The notes under the pieces were generated by a model. The model did no database searches, was not told where the DNA came from, and saw only the letters and a program-made list of their open reading frames with translations. Both the position numbers and the translations under genes were made by a program. A stretch of DNA of 64,000 nucleotides from Candidatus Harrisonbacteria bacterium CG10_big_fil_rev_8_21_14_0_10_49_15 (lineage in GTDB: Bacteria; Patescibacteriota; Minisyncoccia; UBA6257; 1-14-0-10-44-23): assembly GCA_002773415.1 (NCBI GenBank), contig PFBD01000020.1, positions 25,667 to 89,666 of the forward strand, written 5' to 3'. Shown here piece after piece: positions 46,799 through 55,198 of the stretch; the stretch's first letter is position 1; the number at the start of each line of letters is the position of its first letter.

Positions 46799-46984
46799 AT
46801 GGCTAGAAAAGCACTCATCGCAAAAGCAAATAAGACACCGAAATTTTCTTCGCGGATAATCAATCGTTGTTTTAAGTGTGGCCGGAAGCACGGTTACATG
46901 CGAAGATTTGGGCTTTGCCGAATTTGCTTTAGAGAGATGGCGAGCAGTGGTCAGCTGCCGGGAATTAAAAAATCAAGCTGGTAA
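46799..46984 (+). CDS. rpsZ: 30S ribosomal protein S14 type Z
   Basis: [19 protein letters not shown]. Confidence 0.97.
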   Translation: MARKALIAKANKTPKFSSRIINRCFKCGRKHGYMRRFGLCRICFREMASSGQLPGIKKSSW

Positions 46985-47124
46985 AGTAATGATCAATCAA
47001 TTTTCAATTTACGAATTTTCAATTTTCAAACAATGAATCAATGAATAAATGTTTTAAACATTGAGAAATTAAATCATTAAAAATTGTTTAGAAATTGAAA
47101 ATTGGAAATTAGACATTCACTGAT

Positions 47125-47511
47125 ATGTATACAGATCTACTTATAAGAATAAAAAACGCGCAGCAAGCTAAGAAGCTTTCTTTGAAGATGCCGTATTCGC
47201 GGATGGATATGACCATAGCGGAGCAGCTCGTGAGCCACGGCTTTATTAAGTCCGCGAACAAGAAGGGAAGGATGCCAAAGCGAGCTATTGAGATCGAGTT
47301 GAAGTATGATGAAAGTGGTGAGGTCGGCGCTATTACTGATGTTCGTTTTTTGAGCAAGCCATCCCGTCGTTTGTATTCCGGTTATCGTGAACTGAAGCCA
47401 GTGAAGCAGGGGTATGGCTTGGCGATGGTCTCGACGCCAAATGGTGTTATGACCGCGAACCAGGCTCGCAAGGAAAAAATAGGCGGACAGCTTTTATTTG
47501 AGATCTGGTAA
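47125..47511 (+). CDS. rpsH: 30S ribosomal protein S8
   Basis: RIKNA, SKPSRRLY, STPNGVMT. Confidence 0.96.
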   Translation: MYTDLLIRIKNAQQAKKLSLKMPYSRMDMTIAEQLVSHGFIKSANKKGRMPKRAIEIELKYDESGEVGAITDVRFLSKPSRRLYSGYRELKPVKQGYGLAMVSTPNGVMTANQARKEKIGGQLLFEIW

Positions 47512-47547
47512 GGGCTTTGTATGAGCGAAGCGAATTTACAAAACCTT

Positions 47548-47652
47548 ACCCAGCACCATTTTTGACAAATATGAAAATTTCAACTAAAATAATCCAACTA
47601 CGAATTAAAAGCTTGCAGAGTTATTCTGTTGCACTCAAAAATGGCGCTGGGT
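47548..47652. repeat. Family E inverted repeat between rpsH and rplF
   Basis: acccagcaccatttttga...tcaaaaatggcgctgggt. Confidence 0.75.
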
Positions 47653-47697
47653 GCTCAGTTTTAGAATTACTCACTAGCGTTCGTAAATAAAACTGGC

Positions 47698-48273
47698 ATG
47701 TCAAAGATCGGAAGAAAACCAATTGAAATCCTTGAGGGCGTAACCGTCTCTATTGAAGACGGTAAGTTTAAGGTTGCCGGTAAGCTGGGTACTTTAGAGA
47801 CGCCTATTTTAGCCGGAGTAACCGCGGAGCAGTCTGACCCCGAAAAATCGCAGAGCGATCACGGGGCAAGTGGCACAATAGTACTCAAGATTAGTGACGA
47901 TAATAAACAAACTCGGGCTAACTGGGGTACGACAGCGGCTTTACTCCGCAATGCCATTACTGGAGTTTCAGAGGGCTTTAAAAAAGATTTAGAGATTCAG
48001 GGTGTTGGTTTTCGAGCCTCCATGGAAGGGAAGACCCTTGTGATGGGCCTTGGCTTTAGCCATCCGGTTCGCTACGAGACTCCGGAGGGAGTAACGATTG
48101 CGGTTGAAAAGAACGTTATTATTGTGACCGGTATTGATAGTGCGGTGGTGGGGCAGACAGCGGCTGAAATCAGGAAGTTTAAGAAGCCGGAGCCATACCA
48201 GGGTAAAGGGATCCGCTATGTTGGCGAGCATGTACGTCGTAAACAAGGCAAGAAGGTTGCAGGCTCCGCGTAG
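47698..48273 (+). CDS. rplF: 50S ribosomal protein L6 with in-frame hairpin insert
   Basis: MSKIGRKP, LGFSHP, PEPYQGKGIRY. Confidence 0.97.
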   Translation: MSKIGRKPIEILEGVTVSIEDGKFKVAGKLGTLETPILAGVTAEQSDPEKSQSDHGASGTIVLKISDDNKQTRANWGTTAALLRNAITGVSEGFKKDLEIQGVGFRASMEGKTLVMGLGFSHPVRYETPEGVTIAVEKNVIIVTGIDSAVVGQTAAEIRKFKKPEPYQGKGIRYVGEHVRRKQGKKVAGSA

Positions 48274-48318
48274 CATCAGACGAATTACGAATCCATTACG
48301 AATTTACGAATAAAAGGT

Positions 48319-48690
48319 ATGCGAAGACACAAGAAACAACAAGTAGTTACCAAAAAGCGGACCGTTCGGACACGAGCTCGTATTTTGGGCACTTCAACTC
48401 GTCCGCGATTGTCTATATTCCGGAGCAATAAAGGATTGTATGTTCAGCTTATTGACGATGCTAGTGGCAAGACAGTTGTTTCAAGTTCTGTCCGAGACGC
48501 GGCTGCGGCTCCAAAGGGTATGGATTTAACACCTGGCCGAGCAAGGGCATTTGAATTAGGCAAACAGATTGCTGATAAGGCTGTAAAGGCTGGGGTGTCT
48601 GAAGTTGTTTTTGACAGGGGTAGCTATCGTTATCATGGTAGAGTGCAGTCATTTGCGGATGGCGCGCGTGATGGAGGCTTAAAATTCTAG
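48319..48690 (+). CDS. rplR: 50S ribosomal protein L18
   Basis: RPRLSIFRSN, VFDRG.YRYHGRV. Confidence 0.97.
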   Translation: MRRHKKQQVVTKKRTVRTRARILGTSTRPRLSIFRSNKGLYVQLIDDASGKTVVSSSVRDAAAAPKGMDLTPGRARAFELGKQIADKAVKAGVSEVVFDRGSYRYHGRVQSFADGARDGGLKF

Positions 48691-48703
48691 GTAATGACTG
48701 AAT

Positions 48704-49342
48704 ATGGAAAATAATAACAAACAACAGGGCGGGCAGGGATCGGTTAAGACCAAGACCGCTGAAGGAGTAAAGACTACGTTTCGCGGTGGGGCTCCAACTG
48801 GACCTCGAGGACGTCGGCCGGGGGGGGCACGTGGCAAAAAGCCATTTGTGCGAGCGAAGCAGGAGTTTAAAGAAAAAGTTATTGACCTGCGGCGCGTGAC
48901 TCGAGTTATGGCTGGTGGTAAGCGTTTTCGTTTCCGAACTACGATCATTATTGGTGATGAGCGCGGTCGGGTTGGCGTTGGTACCGGTAAAGGTGTAGAT
49001 GTTGTTCAGTCTATTGGAAAAGCCAAGAATGACGCAAAGAAGAACATGATTAAGGTTTCGCTAGAAAAGAACACTATCCCGCACGAGGTGGAGGCAAAGT
49101 TTTCGGCAGCGAGGGTTTTGTTGAAGCCTGCGAAGGAGGGGAATGGTTTGGTTGCCGGAGGCGCTGTGCGAACAGTTTTGACTTTAGCCGGCGTGAAAGA
49201 TATCACGGCAAAGTGTCTTGGTGGAACTACAAATAAGTTAACAAATGCATGGGCGACGATTGAGGCACTGAAGCGAATAAAACCAAAGACCGCGCGTGTT
49301 AAGTTCAGTAATAGATGGAAGCCAGAAGTGGAAAGTGAATAA
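48704..49342 (+). CDS. rpsE: 30S ribosomal protein S5
   Basis: RVTRVMAGGKRFRF, GLVAGG. Confidence 0.97.
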   Translation: MENNNKQQGGQGSVKTKTAEGVKTTFRGGAPTGPRGRRPGGARGKKPFVRAKQEFKEKVIDLRRVTRVMAGGKRFRFRTTIIIGDERGRVGVGTGKGVDVVQSIGKAKNDAKKNMIKVSLEKNTIPHEVEAKFSAARVLLKPAKEGNGLVAGGAVRTVLTLAGVKDITAKCLGGTTNKLTNAWATIEALKRIKPKTARVKFSNRWKPEVESE

Positions 49343-49350
49343 TTTTACAT

Positions 49351-49770
49351 ATGCAACTGCACGAACTAAAACCAAAAAATAAAAGGATTGCCAAGCAGAC
49401 CAGGATCGGGCGTGGTGGTAAGCGTGGTACCACTTCCGGTCGCGGTCAGAAGGGACAGCGGGCTCGTTCCGGTCACCGGATTCGTCCGGCGGTGCGGGAT
49501 CTGTTGCAGCGCTTGCCAAAGTTGCGTGGATACAGCAACAACCCGAAATCCGCCTCTTTCCAGGTTCTTAATGTTGGCGATTTGAATCGTTTGGCGGGAT
49601 CAGAGATCTCTTTAAAGACTTTAGCCGAGGCTAGTTTGATTCGTGGAAAAAAGCCGGTGAAGATCTTGGGTTCGGGCGTTATCGACCGAAAGATGACTGT
49701 TACAGGTATTGTCGTTTCAAAGACAGCCAAGGAGAAGATTGAGGCCGCCGGCGGTACAGTCTCCGAATAA
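49351..49770 (+). CDS. rplO: 50S ribosomal protein L15
   Basis: RIGRGG..GRGQKGQRARSG, KIEAAGG. Confidence 0.96.
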   Translation: MQLHELKPKNKRIAKQTRIGRGGKRGTTSGRGQKGQRARSGHRIRPAVRDLLQRLPKLRGYSNNPKSASFQVLNVGDLNRLAGSEISLKTLAEASLIRGKKPVKILGSGVIDRKMTVTGIVVSKTAKEKIEAAGGTVSE

Positions 49771-49858
49771 CGAATTATAAATCGAATCAGCGAATGTAAA
49801 ATAAAGTGATGGATAAGGATTCGATGATTCGTTAATCTATTCGATATTCGCAAACAAT

Positions 49859-51136
49859 ATGATTGGAAATTTTTTCAAAGCATTCACTGTACCGGAGATT
49901 CGGAACAAGATCTTGGCGATCGCTGGCTTGATTATTGGTTTTCGGCTTTTGGCGACTATCCCGATTCCCGGCGTTGACCTTGCCAGCTTGCAACAGCTTT
50001 TTGGTTCTAATCAGTTACTGGGCTTTTTGAACTTATTTTCCGGTGGTGGTTTGAGTAATCTTTCCATCATGATGCTTGGTGTTGGTCCGTACATTACGGC
50101 GACGATTATCATGCAGCTGCTGACGATGATCAGCCCGCGAATAAAAGAGATTTATTATGAGTCTGGCGCGGCTGGCCGGGCTAAGTTTAACCAGATCTCT
50201 CGGTACCTAACCGTTCCTTTGGCAGCCTTGCAGGGATTTGGTTTTTTGAACTTACTGCGTAGCCAGGGCGTGCTGCCGGAGATGACCGCCATTGGCCTGA
50301 TTGAGAACATCGTCATTATTACCGCCGGTTCGCTTGTTTTGACCTGGATTGGTGAGCTTATCAGTGAATATAAAATAGGTAATGGTATTTCTATAATCAT
50401 TTTCGCGGGTATTGTCGCCGCCTTGCCGGGAACAGTTCGGAATTTGTTCGCGACTTATTCTCCGGAGCTTTTGCAGACGTACATTGTCTTCGCCTTGCTG
50501 GCGGTGGTTATTATTGCCGGTGTGGTCTTTGTTTCCGAGGGTGAGCGTAAAGTGCCGGTGACATATGCGAAACGAGTTAGAGGTAACAAAGTCTATGGGG
50601 GTGCGACCAGCTATCTGCCACTGAAGGTGAACCAGGCCGGTGTTATCCCGATTATCTTTGCTATCTCGATACTGCTCTTCCCGCAGTTTGTGGCTCAAAT
50701 AGCTGCTTTGTTTTCTCCAGACTTGTCACTTACGCTTCAAAACTGGGTAAATATTGTTTTCAATAACCAGATCATTTACATTCTTTTTTACTTTTTGCTT
50801 GTGGTTGTGTTCACTTACTTTTACACCGCGATCACTTTCAATCCGGAAGAGATCTCAAAGAGCTTGCAGCAGAGTGGCGGATTTGTGCCGGGTATTCGGC
50901 CGGGTCAGCCAACGACCGACTTTTTGAAGAGTACGACCGGCAGGATAACTCTTTTTGGCGCTATTTTCTTGGGTGTTGTCGCGGTTTTGCCGAACATTGT
51001 TCAGCTCTTTACCGGCGTTCAGGCTTTTGCTCTTGGCGGCACCGCGCTTTTGATCGTGGTTGCTGTGGCGCTGGAAATAGCTCGGCAGATATCTTCCCAG
51101 CTTACGGTTCGGGAGTATGAGGGGATTGGGTATTAG
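49859..51136 (+). CDS. secY: Preprotein translocase SecY
   Basis: LGVGPYITA, IGNGIS, GVIPIIFA, PGIRPG. Confidence 0.98.
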   Translation: MIGNFFKAFTVPEIRNKILAIAGLIIGFRLLATIPIPGVDLASLQQLFGSNQLLGFLNLFSGGGLSNLSIMMLGVGPYITATIIMQLLTMISPRIKEIYYESGAAGRAKFNQISRYLTVPLAALQGFGFLNLLRSQGVLPEMTAIGLIENIVIITAGSLVLTWIGELISEYKIGNGISIIIFAGIVAALPGTVRNLFATYSPELLQTYIVFALLAVVIIAGVVFVSEGERKVPVTYAKRVRGNKVYGGATSYLPLKVNQAGVIPIIFAISILLFPQFVAQIAALFSPDLSLTLQNWVNIVFNNQIIYILFYFLLVVVFTYFYTAITFNPEEISKSLQQSGGFVPGIRPGQPTTDFLKSTTGRITLFGAIFLGVVAVLPNIVQLFTGVQAFALGGTALLIVVAVALEIARQISSQLTVREYEGIGY

Positions 51137-51276
51137 AAACTAGAAACTAGAAACAAGCGGAAGATGGAAAAAGGAAGAATGAAGGAGGAAGGAGGAAGGA
51201 GGAACTGGAAACCTAGATTAAAAATGGCTCACACGGTAAAAATGACCATGTGAGCCGTTTTTGGTATAATGAAAGT

Positions 51277-52404
51277 ATGCAATTTCTTAAGGATATTCAG
51301 GAGGAGCTGGCCGGCAAGACGGTTCTTTTGAGGACCGACCTAAACGCTGAGTCTGCGGAGGATTCTTTTAAGATTGAAAAATCTATTGGGACCCTGCGTT
51401 TTTTGTTGGAACGGGGGGCGAAGGTGGTGGTGATGAGCCATCGTGGCCGGCCTACTGAGGACCAGGTTTCTCCGAGGCGACCTGAAAATATCCCGGAAGA
51501 ATTTAGTTTGCGGTTTGTACTGCCTTTTTTAGAAGAGCATTTGAAAGTAGTTCCCAAGTTTTTACCGGATTTTGATTTTGGGGCGCATAAGCAGTCTGTC
51601 GCCGCGGTGCCAGCCGGGTCTTTGTTTGTTTTAGAGAACGTCCGTCTGCATTCGGGAGAGAACTCTGGTGACCTTGAGTATGCCAAGCAGATGGCGAGCT
51701 TGGGAGATATTTACGTTAATGACGCTTTTGGTTCTTGGCATCCGGGTGCTAGTGTCACGGAGCTGCCAAAGCTTTTACCGGCATATGCGGGCTTGCTGAT
51801 GGAGGCGGAGCTGGAGCATTTGAATCATGTTATGGATGGCGCGCCAACGCCGCGAATAGTTATTTTAGGCGGTGGAAAGGCGGCGGATAAGTTCTCGGTC
51901 ATCAAAAATCTGTATGACCGCACGGACGCCTTTTTAATTGGTGGTATTTTAGCCAACACGTTTTTAAAAGCTCGGGGTATGGATGTTGGTAGTTCTGTGA
52001 TTGATGAAGAGATAGTAGAGCAGGTGAATAGTTTTTCATCTGACGCGAAAATAATTCTGCCGATTGATTTTATAAAAGATGCTGAAGGTAAGATATTGGA
52101 TATTGGCCCAGAGAGCCGAAAATTATTTAGTGAGCATGTCGCGGTCAGCAAGACGGTTATTTGGAACGGTCCGTTAGGTTACTTTGAGGATCCGGCCTTC
52201 CGGGCGGGTTCAGAGCGGATAGCAAAGGTGATCGCGGATACGAGTAATTGTGCCGTTGTTGGCGGCGGTGAGACTACGCAGCTTATCTTAGAGATGGGCA
52301 TGAGTAATGCCTTTACCTGGCTTTCGACGGGCGGCGGTGCTATGCTGGCGTTTCTAGCCGGAAAACGTTTAGCTGGGTTGGAGGCCCTTGGATATTATGA
52401 ATAA
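51277..52404 (+). CDS. pgk: Phosphoglycerate kinase
   Basis: RTDLN, SHRGRP, LENVR, VNDAFG, WNGPLG, STGGGA. Confidence 0.95.
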   Translation: MQFLKDIQEELAGKTVLLRTDLNAESAEDSFKIEKSIGTLRFLLERGAKVVVMSHRGRPTEDQVSPRRPENIPEEFSLRFVLPFLEEHLKVVPKFLPDFDFGAHKQSVAAVPAGSLFVLENVRLHSGENSGDLEYAKQMASLGDIYVNDAFGSWHPGASVTELPKLLPAYAGLLMEAELEHLNHVMDGAPTPRIVILGGGKAADKFSVIKNLYDRTDAFLIGGILANTFLKARGMDVGSSVIDEEIVEQVNSFSSDAKIILPIDFIKDAEGKILDIGPESRKLFSEHVAVSKTVIWNGPLGYFEDPAFRAGSERIAKVIADTSNCAVVGGGETTQLILEMGMSNAFTWLSTGGGAMLAFLAGKRLAGLEALGYYE

Positions 52405-52458
52405 GTTTTGGAGGTTTTATCTTAGGTAAATTAGAACAATTAGTATAATTAGAAATTC

Positions 52459-53055
52459 TTGGATATGGACACCGATAATGTAATGAGTACAGAGGACGTA
52501 AAGCAGTTTTTTGTTCAGGATGCTGATTTGGTTGTCGTTGATACTGAGTTTACGAGTTTGGAATTTATGAAGAGCGAGCTTGTGGAGATTGGTTTAGTGA
52601 AGCTTAAGGCGAAGACTTACGAGGTTATTGGCGAGGAGGATATTAAAATAAAGCCGACGAGGATTGAAACTGCTTCGCCGAAGTCGCTGGAAATAATTGG
52701 CTATTCGCAGGAAGAGTGGGATCGGGATGGTGTATCGCTAACTGAAGGCTTGCAGCGATTTTTGAACTATACTGACCAATGCATGCTGGTGGCGCATAAC
52801 CTACCGGCGGACTGGATGGTCTTGCGGCGCGCATTTGAAGAGGTGGGGCTGAAAGAGAATTTTTACTATAAGGGTTTAGATACTTTTTCGTTGGCGTTTG
52901 CGAAGTTGGGCGGAGTCAGTAGCTCCACGGGGTTTGAGCGTTACTCGCTTGGAGAGTTGGCAAAACACTTTGGAGTTGACGAAGGGCAGAAGCACCGGGC
53001 AATAGATGACGCCAGGGCGACAGCGGAGATATTTAAGAAGTTAATGGCACTATGA
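52459..53055 (+). CDS. DEDDh 3'-5' exonuclease (DnaQ-like)
   Basis: VDTEFT, VAHN, HRAIDDA. Confidence 0.9.
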   Translation: MDMDTDNVMSTEDVKQFFVQDADLVVVDTEFTSLEFMKSELVEIGLVKLKAKTYEVIGEEDIKIKPTRIETASPKSLEIIGYSQEEWDRDGVSLTEGLQRFLNYTDQCMLVAHNLPADWMVLRRAFEEVGLKENFYYKGLDTFSLAFAKLGGVSSSTGFERYSLGELAKHFGVDEGQKHRAIDDARATAEIFKKLMAL

Positions 53056-53465
53056 GTAATAAGTTAATTATTTACACGGACGGGGGGTCGCGTGGCAATC
53101 CCGGTCCGGCGGCGGCTGGCTGGGTTATTGATGGCAAGGGGTATGGAGCATATCTTGGCACAGAGACGAATAACATCGCGGAGTACACGGCCATTGTGCT
53201 GGCGCTGGAGAAGGCGAGGGCACTGCTTGGAAAAACAAAGGCAAAAGCGACAGAGGTAGAGATGCGGATGGATAGCGAGTTGGCTGTGAAGCAGTTAAAT
53301 GGAGAGTATCGAATAAAGAACGAGGGGATTCAACCGCTGTTCTTTAAGATCTGGAACCTGAAGTTTGATTTTAAATCGGTTGAGTTTGTACATGTGCGTC
53401 GCGAGCTAAACAAAGAAGCGGATGCGATGGTGAATAAGGCGTTGGATGAGAAATTAGGAAATTAG
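53052..53465 (+). CDS. rnhA: Ribonuclease HI
   Basis: YTDGGSRGNPG, TNNIAEY, DSEL, HVRRELNKEAD. Confidence 0.95.
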   Translation: MSNKLIIYTDGGSRGNPGPAAAGWVIDGKGYGAYLGTETNNIAEYTAIVLALEKARALLGKTKAKATEVEMRMDSELAVKQLNGEYRIKNEGIQPLFFKIWNLKFDFKSVEFVHVRRELNKEADAMVNKALDEKLGN

Positions 53466-53480
53466 GAAATTGGGAAATTG

Positions 53481-53512
53481 AACCAAAAAAGGCCCGAAGG
53501 CCTTTTTTGGTT
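53481..53512. terminator. Bidirectional terminator between rnhA and rnpB
   Basis: aaccaaaaaaggcc-cgaa-ggccttttttggtt. Confidence 0.85.
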
Positions 53513-53909
53513 GGTAGCGATAAGCCGGATTCTGTTACCCAGCCCCACTTTTTCAATGAATTTTTACCATTCATTGAAAAAGTGGGGCTGGGTGACAGCG
53601 ATTTATCTAGGTCAGTAATTACTTACTGACTCAAGCGACTCTTCCACGATCTTGCGATCGGGACGCGGTCTTGCACCCCGTAAGAATTTAGCCGTTTCAC
53701 CCCAGCTTTTCTATCTCTATAGCTGGATTAGACCTTTTGGCCTGAGATTAGGTCTTCTTTGGCTTTCGCCTCAGACGTCACTGCTCGCATCTCTTGGTTG
53801 CCCATGGCGGCTGTTAGCCGCTACGTTTTTGACCCCGGCAAAAGCCGGAGAAATGGAGTCCGGACTTTCCTCCCCTTGGTTTTATCCAAAGAGTAGCTGT
53901 CCTGCTACC
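53513..53909 (-). ncRNA. rnpB: RNase P RNA
   Basis: Minus strand has GAGGAAAGTCCGG, GTGAAACGGC, GGTGCAAG and ACAGAATCCGGCTTA; P1 ends ggtagc/gctacc pair. Confidence 0.95.
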
Positions 53910-54140
53910 GAAGGCAATTATACCAGCATTTTTATTTTTTGCAATTGTCTATATTTGACCACATGTGCAATAGCCTGGGCACGGATTTCTTGACACGTTT
54001 GCCGACTTATTAAGAACACATGAAGAAGGCATTGACAAGACCACTAGACAATGCTAGGTTGATTGTTGCCTGGTTTTCTGGGCGTTTCTGATTTTTTTCT
54101 TTGGTTTTTCCGCCCTGGTGGCGGAGGAAGGAGCGGTGCG

Positions 54141-55073
54141 ATGAGCACTCGCTTTCTCGCCGCCTTGATGGCGGTTCTGGCTCTGGCTGCGATTAGCGTG
54201 GCTGGGCAGAGGATTCGGGCGGAGATCGAACTCCGGAATCCGAACGGGGCGGACTTGATCTTCAAGGTCGTCGTCGTGAACGCAGAGGATGGAAATGCCA
54301 AGCGAAAGCTGGCCAAGACTCGCATTCGCGGCGAGGGCGAGACTGAGCTCCGTCTTCGGGGCCGCGACTACTCCGAGAATTCTCGGCTTGTCGCCAAGGT
54401 TTCGGTGCGGCGCCGTGGTAAGTACTGGGATGCAGAGCTCGGGGAGATGCGTCGGCGGAACTGGTGGCCGGTCGCTGAGGCGGCGGTCCACGCTACCAAC
54501 GAAACCGGATCTGAGAGGATCCGATTCGTGATGGACATCCCTCTGCTTACGCAGATGCCGTTTGCCGATTTCGACGGCGACGGCGTGGCGGACGAAGACG
54601 ATGCCTGCCCGACTGAAGCCGGACCGGCCTCGAACCAGGGCTGCCCGGTGGACGATCCGGAGCCGAATCCGGCTCGTTCCGGCATCGTCTTGCACAACAT
54701 GACGACCGCCGGCACCATCTGGAACACGCCTGACGGGAGCAATCCCGCACGGTGTTTCCAGATAACGGAGGCCGGACACCCCGGTGTTCGGTGGACCTTC
54801 CGGCTGACCTCCGTCTCGGAGTTGCTGCCGGAGGACCTGACCTCGACGGATTCTCGTCGATGGCCGGTCCTGTTCAGCGAACAATCCCTTCGGGGGGCGA
54901 TGGGGGCGACGTTCCCGTCGTCCACTTCGTACCGGGAGATTTTCCGGCCGGAGAGCCCTCTTCTCTGGGAGTTCCAGGCCTTCGGCACCGATGTCGGTGA
55001 CGGGTGGAGCAACCTGGACTTCCACTGGGAGGAAGACACAGAGAAGTGGCTGCTGCACATCTACGTGCGGTAG
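54141..55073 (+). CDS. GC-rich secreted protein with thrombospondin-type Ca-binding motif
   Basis: GGAGGAAGGAG SD, signal peptide, DGDGVADEDDACPTEAGPASNQGCP; hairpin at 55113-55153. Confidence 0.7.
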   Translation: MSTRFLAALMAVLALAAISVAGQRIRAEIELRNPNGADLIFKVVVVNAEDGNAKRKLAKTRIRGEGETELRLRGRDYSENSRLVAKVSVRRRGKYWDAELGEMRRRNWWPVAEAAVHATNETGSERIRFVMDIPLLTQMPFADFDGDGVADEDDACPTEAGPASNQGCPVDDPEPNPARSGIVLHNMTTAGTIWNTPDGSNPARCFQITEAGHPGVRWTFRLTSVSELLPEDLTSTDSRRWPVLFSEQSLRGAMGATFPSSTSYREIFRPESPLLWEFQAFGTDVGDGWSNLDFHWEEDTEKWLLHIYVR

Positions 55074-55160
55074 CCAGAGGTCTGCTTGAGCCTTGGCTCG
55101 GGCGGACAGCATGAGAGGGTCGGCAAGTTGCTCACGCGCTTGCCGGCCCCCTCGGAAACA

Positions 55161-55189
55161 TTGACAATTTTTAAAAAATATTCTATACT
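55161..55189 (+). promoter_or_regulatory. Sigma70 promoter
   Basis: TTGACA-N17-TATACT. Confidence 0.75.
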
Positions 55190-55198
55190 TAATTTAAC

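Larger units (their letters stand above)
45537..49858. repeat. ~100-bp dispersed repeat, copies 45537-45639 and 49759-49858
   Basis: gtctccgaataacgaatta..cgaatgta..ggataaggattcg.tgattcgtta..ctattcgatattcgcaaacaa. Confidence 0.88.

Noticed and set aside
49343-49350. Absence of rpmD (L30) between rpsE and rplO
   Set aside because: Established feature of CPR ribosomes; used only for taxonomic inference.
54054-55112. Long minus-strand ORFs (352 and 230 aa)
   Set aside because: Shadow ORFs of a GC-rich plus-strand gene that has an SD, signal peptide and recognisable motif.
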